DNA of 64,000 bases from an uncultured Bacilli bacterium. GTDB lineage: Bacteria > Bacillota_I > Bacilli_A > RF39 > UBA660. Made by a program: the position numbers and the translations under genes. Below the pieces are notes generated by a model. The model did no database searches, was not told where the DNA came from, and saw nothing but the letters and a program-made list of their open reading frames with translations. Shown here one piece after another: positions 59,340-64,000 of the stretch. Position 1 is the stretch's first letter, and every line of letters begins with the position of its first letter. The stretch spans positions 40,633-104,632 of the forward strand of contig CAKOQK010000002.1 in NCBI GenBank assembly GCA_934101225.1. Direction: 5' to 3'.

Positions 59340-61092
59340 ATGAAAAAAATTAAAGATTTTAATGAAATAATTAGTAATTTTATAAAAATATATAAATATA
59401 ATAAAAATACCAAGAAAAATATAATTAAAGCAGTAATTATTGATTTGATAATTATAATTATTTATTTTCTTTATCCTTTAATAATTGCAAAATCTCTTCT
59501 TGCACTATCTAATAATAAATTAAATATTTTATTAATTATGGTAATGGTGTTATTTGTAATAGATTCGGCAGATTCTTTATTAAAATACCTTTTTTCAATC
59601 ATTTTTAATAAAATAAACTATCAAATTAAAAAGAATATTCAATTGGAATTAATTAGTGAAAGCCTTAAAATAAATCAAAGTACTTTAAATCAAACATCTA
59701 GTGGAATTTTAATTGAAAGAATAAATAATGATACTAATAATTTAGCAAAAAACATAACAAATTTACTAGATTTATTAATGTTCCTTATTAGGAAGAATTG
59801 GACTTATATTTGCAATATGTGTGATAAATATTTATGTTGGTTTATTATATATTTTCTTTATTGTTATGGTTTTATTATTTAACAATTACTCTTACAAAAT
59901 TAATTACAAGAATAATCAAAAACAAAGAGAAAATAGGGATAAAACTGGTGGTTTTGTTTCAGAAATTATTAAGGGAACAAAAGATATAAAGATTCTTAAT
60001 GCAGAAAAATCATTTTTAAACAAAACAGGAGAATATATTGATGATGCCAATAAAATAAATTATGAATATGAAGTTGAAAGAAAAAAATTATATTCAATTA
60101 TGCTATTTATAAAATCATTGGGTGATTTTGCTTCCGGTTTACTTATAATATTTTTAATATATAAAAATGAATTAACAACTGAAGCAGCTTTAATTTTATA
60201 TAATTATAGTGGTTCTGTTCAAAGTATTACTTATACTTTATCTAATTTATCAATCACAATCAACGATTTTAATCTATCATGTAATCGTATTTTTGGTTTA
60301 TTAGGAAGTGAAGAATTTCCTAAAGAAAAATTCGGAAATAAAAACCTATCTAAATTTAAAGGACATATTGAATTTAAAGATGTTAACTTCTCATATGAAG
60401 AAAATATACCTGTATTAAAGAATTTAAATTTAGAAGTATTACCAAATGAAGTAGTTGGTTTTGTTGGCCCATCGGGAGCTGGTAAAAGTACAATCTTTAA
60501 TTTAATAAGTGCTTTAAATAAACCAGATAGTGGTGAAATCTTATTTGATGGAGAAAATATTAATGAATTAACCAAGGATTCAATAAGAGGTAATCTATCA
60601 GTAATAAGTCAAAATGCCTATATATTTAATATGAGTATAGAAGACAATTTAAGAATAATAAAGAAAAACGCTACTAAAAAAGAAATTGAAAAAGCTTGTA
60701 AAATGGCATGTTTAGATGAATTTATCGAAAGCTTACCAAATAAATATAAAACAATAGTAGGAGAAGGCGGTGTAACATTATCAGGAGGACAACGCCAAAG
60801 AATAGCAATAGCAAGAGCACTATTATTAAATACTGAAGTATTATTATTTGATGAAGCAACAAGTAGTTTAGATAACACAACCCAAGAAAAAATCCAAAAA
60901 GCAATTGAAAACTTAAAAGGAAAATACACAATATTAATAATAGCCCATCGATTATCAACTGTAATAAATTCTGATAAAATATATGTTATAAATAAAGGAA
61001 CTGTAGAAGGCGTAGGCACGCATAAAGAATTATTAAAAACTTGTAAAATATATGCTGACTTATATAAAAATGAAGATAATAAAAGTAAATAA
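59340..61092 (+). pseudogene. Second ABC exporter half-transporter, interrupted by a +1 frame change at about 59779-59785
   Basis: ORFs 59340-59882 and 59821-61092 are collinear with the upstream paralog. The second frame is open from 59779 (SLLGRIGLIFAICVINIYVG...). Confidence 0.7.
60314..61084 (+). repeat. Direct repeat copy 2 (NBD-coding block)
   Basis: Offset of 1801 bp from copy 1. Compared base by base by eye. Confidence 0.95.
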
Positions 61093-61224
61093 TAATTAAA
61101 ATAAAACGGCTAAATTAAATGTCGTTTTTTATTTAGACTACCACTTGAAATTTATTCTTTAATTTGCTACAATTATTTTACGTTGAAAAGAACTTTTGTT
61201 TTAATTTAGAAAGAAGGAAAATTT

Positions 61225-62862
61225 ATGAGTAAAATAAAAATTTTTGGTATGGGTGGATTAGATGAAAATGGAAAAAACACCTATATTGTTGAAGTAGATA
61301 ATAAAATATTTATATTTGATGCTGGTTTAAAGTATGCTAGTGATTCTAATTTTGGTATTGATTATATAATCCCAGATTATAAATATTTAGTAGATAATCG
61401 TAAAAGAATAGTAGGTGTATTTGTAACTCATGCTCATCCTGAAAGCTATGGTGGAGTATCTGATTTAATAAAGAATATTCCTGAAATTAAAGTATATGCT
61501 CTAAAATACACAATTAATCAGTTAATATTAGACGGTATAAGTGAAAAAAATTTACATGTTTTAATGCCGCATAAAAAAATAAATTTCACCAAAGAATTAA
61601 GTATATTTCCTATAACTGTAAATCATTCAGTTCCTGATAGTTGTATGTATGTATTAAATACTCCAGATGGAGCCATCGTTTATACAGGAGACTTTATTAT
61701 TGATCCATCAATGATGGGAGCTTACCATATGGATTTAGGGAAAATTGCCTATGTTGGAAAACAAGGTGTACTTGCCCTTTTAGGAGAATCATCCTTTGCT
61801 GAAAATATTGGACATACTAGCCCAACCCATCACCTATCATCTTTTTTCAAAAAACTTATTGCTAAAACTGATGGCCGTATAATCTTTAGTGTACTTCCTG
61901 TTCATTTATATACAATAGAAGGAGTATTTAACGCAGCTAAAAACTCCCATCGCAAAGTAGTAGTAATGGGTAAAAAACTTCAAAATATTATTAATATGGC
62001 TATAAAAGAAAATTATATTAATATTGAAGAAGGACAAATAGGTGATTTATCTAACGTTAATGATCATAATTCAATTTTATTAATAAGTGATGATAGATCA
62101 AATGCATATAACATGTTCGAAAGAATTATTGCGGGAAATGATAAATTTATTAAATTAAATGAACATGATACAGTATGTTTTGCCGAACCAAAATACGATG
62201 AAAATGAAAAGGCTTTTGTTAAAGTTGAAAATGAACTAGCCATTAAAGGAATTAATACAGTAAGCATTCCTAAAGATAAAGGAATAAGTTTACATGCATC
62301 ATCAGAAGATATCATGATAATGCTTGACTTATTAAAACCTAAATATTATATGCCAGTTAAAGGTGAGTATCGTTATATGGTTAGAAATGCTGACCTTGCA
62401 ACAAATCTAGGATATAATAATAACAACATTATTTTAAAACAAAATGGAGACATAATTAATATTATTGATAAAGAATTAGTTGATAAAATGGAACATATTA
62501 ATATAGATGATACTTTAATTGATGGTAATTCGATTGAAGATATTGGAGATCTAGTATTAAAAGATAGAGAAGTATTAAGTGAAAATGGTATTGTATTAGT
62601 AAGTGCAACTTTATCTAAAAAAGATAAAAAAATCTTAGTAGGTCCTGAAATAACAACCAGAGGATTTATCTATGTTAAAGATTCTAAAGAAATGATAGAT
62701 GAAATTAAAAGAATATCTTCAGAAGTTATTGAAAATAATACAACAGACAAATACATAGATTTTAACAATATTAAAAATGATATTAGAGAAAGATTAGGAA
62801 AATATTTTTATGTTGAAACAGAATGTAAACCAATGATTATTGCTGTAATTCAAGAAATATAA
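61225..62862 (+). CDS. rnj: Ribonuclease J family protein (metallo-beta-lactamase/beta-CASP) with a degenerate motif II
   Basis: N-terminal IFGMGGLDENGKNTYIVEVDNKIFIFDAGL. 545 aa. Motif HAHPES where HGHEDH is expected. Confidence 0.8.
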   Translation: MSKIKIFGMGGLDENGKNTYIVEVDNKIFIFDAGLKYASDSNFGIDYIIPDYKYLVDNRKRIVGVFVTHAHPESYGGVSDLIKNIPEIKVYALKYTINQLILDGISEKNLHVLMPHKKINFTKELSIFPITVNHSVPDSCMYVLNTPDGAIVYTGDFIIDPSMMGAYHMDLGKIAYVGKQGVLALLGESSFAENIGHTSPTHHLSSFFKKLIAKTDGRIIFSVLPVHLYTIEGVFNAAKNSHRKVVVMGKKLQNIINMAIKENYINIEEGQIGDLSNVNDHNSILLISDDRSNAYNMFERIIAGNDKFIKLNEHDTVCFAEPKYDENEKAFVKVENELAIKGINTVSIPKDKGISLHASSEDIMIMLDLLKPKYYMPVKGEYRYMVRNADLATNLGYNNNNIILKQNGDIINIIDKELVDKMEHINIDDTLIDGNSIEDIGDLVLKDREVLSENGIVLVSATLSKKDKKILVGPEITTRGFIYVKDSKEMIDEIKRISSEVIENNTTDKYIDFNNIKNDIRERLGKYFYVETECKPMIIAVIQEI

Positions 62863-62898
62863 AAACTATAAAGAATTAAAAAGACTTTATAGTTTTTT
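62862..62898 (+). terminator. Intrinsic terminator after rnj
   Basis: 12-bp stem AAAACTATAAAG / CTTTATAGTTTT followed by a T-run. Confidence 0.75.
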
Positions 62899-63335
62899 GT
62901 TTAAAATTTATTTTAGAAAATAGATTTGTTCGCTTGTTTATGAAATACATGAGTAGTATAATAACCTCTAAGGAACAATTAGTTGCTGGGTGTCTATCCT
63001 CATTTTTTATAATATCAAAAGATGAGGAGGTGTTGCATATGAGCAAAAGAAAATTTATTATTAAATTTTTAAGATACATATGTCTCATTATTCTATGTAT
63101 GTCAGTTTTGATGTACATAGTAAAAAAATAGACACTTAATTATCTAATAAAAATAATTAAATGTCTCACTTTAAATAACAATTAAAGGATAGACATTCAG
63201 CGTTCGAAAACTAAATGTTCCTTTTTTATTTTATGTAAGTTTCCCTTACATATTCATAATAGCATATTTACTTTCATTTTTCAATTCATTTTCTTGAAAC
63301 ATATAAATATCTATCTTCTAAAATACAAAAACAAC

Positions 63336-63366
63336 CAAAAAGACCTAGAAAATCTAAGTCTTTTTC
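63336..63366. terminator. Bidirectional-looking hairpin terminator downstream of the tiny minus-strand gene
   Basis: AAGACCTAG / CTAAGTCTT (8 of 9 bp), flanked by an A-run and a T-run. Confidence 0.55.
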
Positions 63367-63397
63367 TAAAACTATATTAATGATGATTAAATTCTAA

Positions 63398-63586
63398 TTA
63401 GTTGTTATTGTTGTTATTTCCCCAGCTCCAACCAGCACCAATAATTATTACTAATAAAATGAATAAAACAATCCATAAAGCAGCACCTAGTCCATATCCA
63501 CCAGTTGTGTTTCCTATATATCCGGTATTGCAGCAAGGATTAGAATAACCATAATTAGTACCACCATTATATCCATAATAATACAT
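63398..63586 (-). CDS. Tiny G/Y/N-rich single-TM protein, YjcZ-like sporulation protein family
   Basis: 62 aa. The hydrophobic core AALWIVLFILLVIIIGAG resembles the VLFILLII.G core of the YjcZ/tiny-TM family. RBS GGAGG upstream. Confidence 0.55.
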   Translation of the reverse strand: MYYYGYNGGTNYGYSNPCCNTGYIGNTTGGYGLGAALWIVLFILLVIIIGAGWSWGNNNNNN

Positions 63587-63714
63587 ACTTATACCTCCTA
63601 ACCGTATCTATTATAGTTTACGTTTATAGTCTAAAATTTGTTAATAAAAAAGTTCAATATCTATTTTAATATTTAATTTAATAGTTTATAATGAGACATA
63701 AGGAGGATAATAAT

Positions 63715-64000
63715 ATGTTTGGTTATATAAAAGGAACAATAAAAATAATAGAAAGTAATTATGTAATTATTGATAATAATGGAATTGGTTATATTATATA
63801 TGTAGCAAATCCCTATAGTTATGAAATAGATAAAGATTATACAATATACACTTATACGTTTATAAGTGAAAATGAAAATACATTATATGGATTTAAATCA
63901 TTAGAAGAAAAAGCATTATTTTTAAAGTTAACTAGCGTAAAGGGATTAGGCCCTAAAACCGCATTACCAATGCTTGCAACTGGAAGTATTTCTGGAATAA
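63715..64000 (+). CDS. ruvA: Holliday junction branch migration protein RuvA (N-terminal part, cut by the window end)
   Basis: MFGYIKGTI...GIGY.I......Y...LYGF...E..LF..L..V.GLGPKTAL after AGGAGG. Confidence 0.85.
   Translation, partial: MFGYIKGTIKIIESNYVIIDNNGIGYIIYVANPYSYEIDKDYTIYTYTFISENENTLYGFKSLEEKALFLKLTSVKGLGPKTALPMLATGSISGI

Noticed and set aside
62876-63131. Two overlapping ORFs on opposite strands (62876-63118 minus, 62934-63131 plus)
   Set aside because: They are mutually exclusive, lack an RBS, have low-complexity products, and start inside or just after the rnj terminator. A long imperfect hairpin at 63131-63170 is the only structure noted there.

Overview
This is a 64 kb chromosomal segment from a very AT-rich Bacillota genome that uses the standard genetic code (TGA is a stop). 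The organism is probably a spore-former, because the window carries dacB-spmA-spmB, a SpoVD-like PBP and a YjcZ-like tiny protein. Gene content and the rpsE/rplO junction without rpmD would fit an Erysipelotrichales- or Clostridia-like lineage, but I cannot assign taxonomy from sequence alone.

Core content:
- mutM.
- An envelope block: O-antigen-ligase-like protein, repeat-bearing surface protein, Sfp-type PPTase, VanW, a DltA-like/DltC-like pair, PrsW.
- dacB-spmA-spmB, rluB, rlmCD-like.
- valS behind a T-box leader.
- A glycolipid/lipid block: acyltransferase remnant, UgtP-like GT, acyl-CoA ligase.
- fmt, a CDP-alcohol phosphatidyltransferase, an AI-2E transporter.
- The complete S10-spc-alpha ribosomal superoperon (rpsJ to rplQ, 32.0-45.9 kb) including secY-adk-map-infA-rpmJ.
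- A guanine-deaminase-like gene, a class B PBP, a MerR-controlled pair of ABC exporter genes, RNase J, and the start of ruvA.

Accessory or unusual content:
- A HigB / XRE-ImmA module inserted between spmB and rluB.
- A frameshifted RhuM gene.
- A segmental duplication of a 355-aa membrane-anchored protein, with decayed relics.
- A 771-bp near-identical nucleotide block shared by the two ABC genes, the second of which is frameshifted.
- The strongest lead: a roughly 0.5 kb ORF-free, GC-enriched block directly upstream of, and co-directional with, a small 4-TM DxxxD protein. I read it as a candidate large structured RNA in an OLE/OapA-like arrangement.

All calls were made by eye from the sequence and the ORF track. 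No searches were run, so family names rest on remembered motifs.
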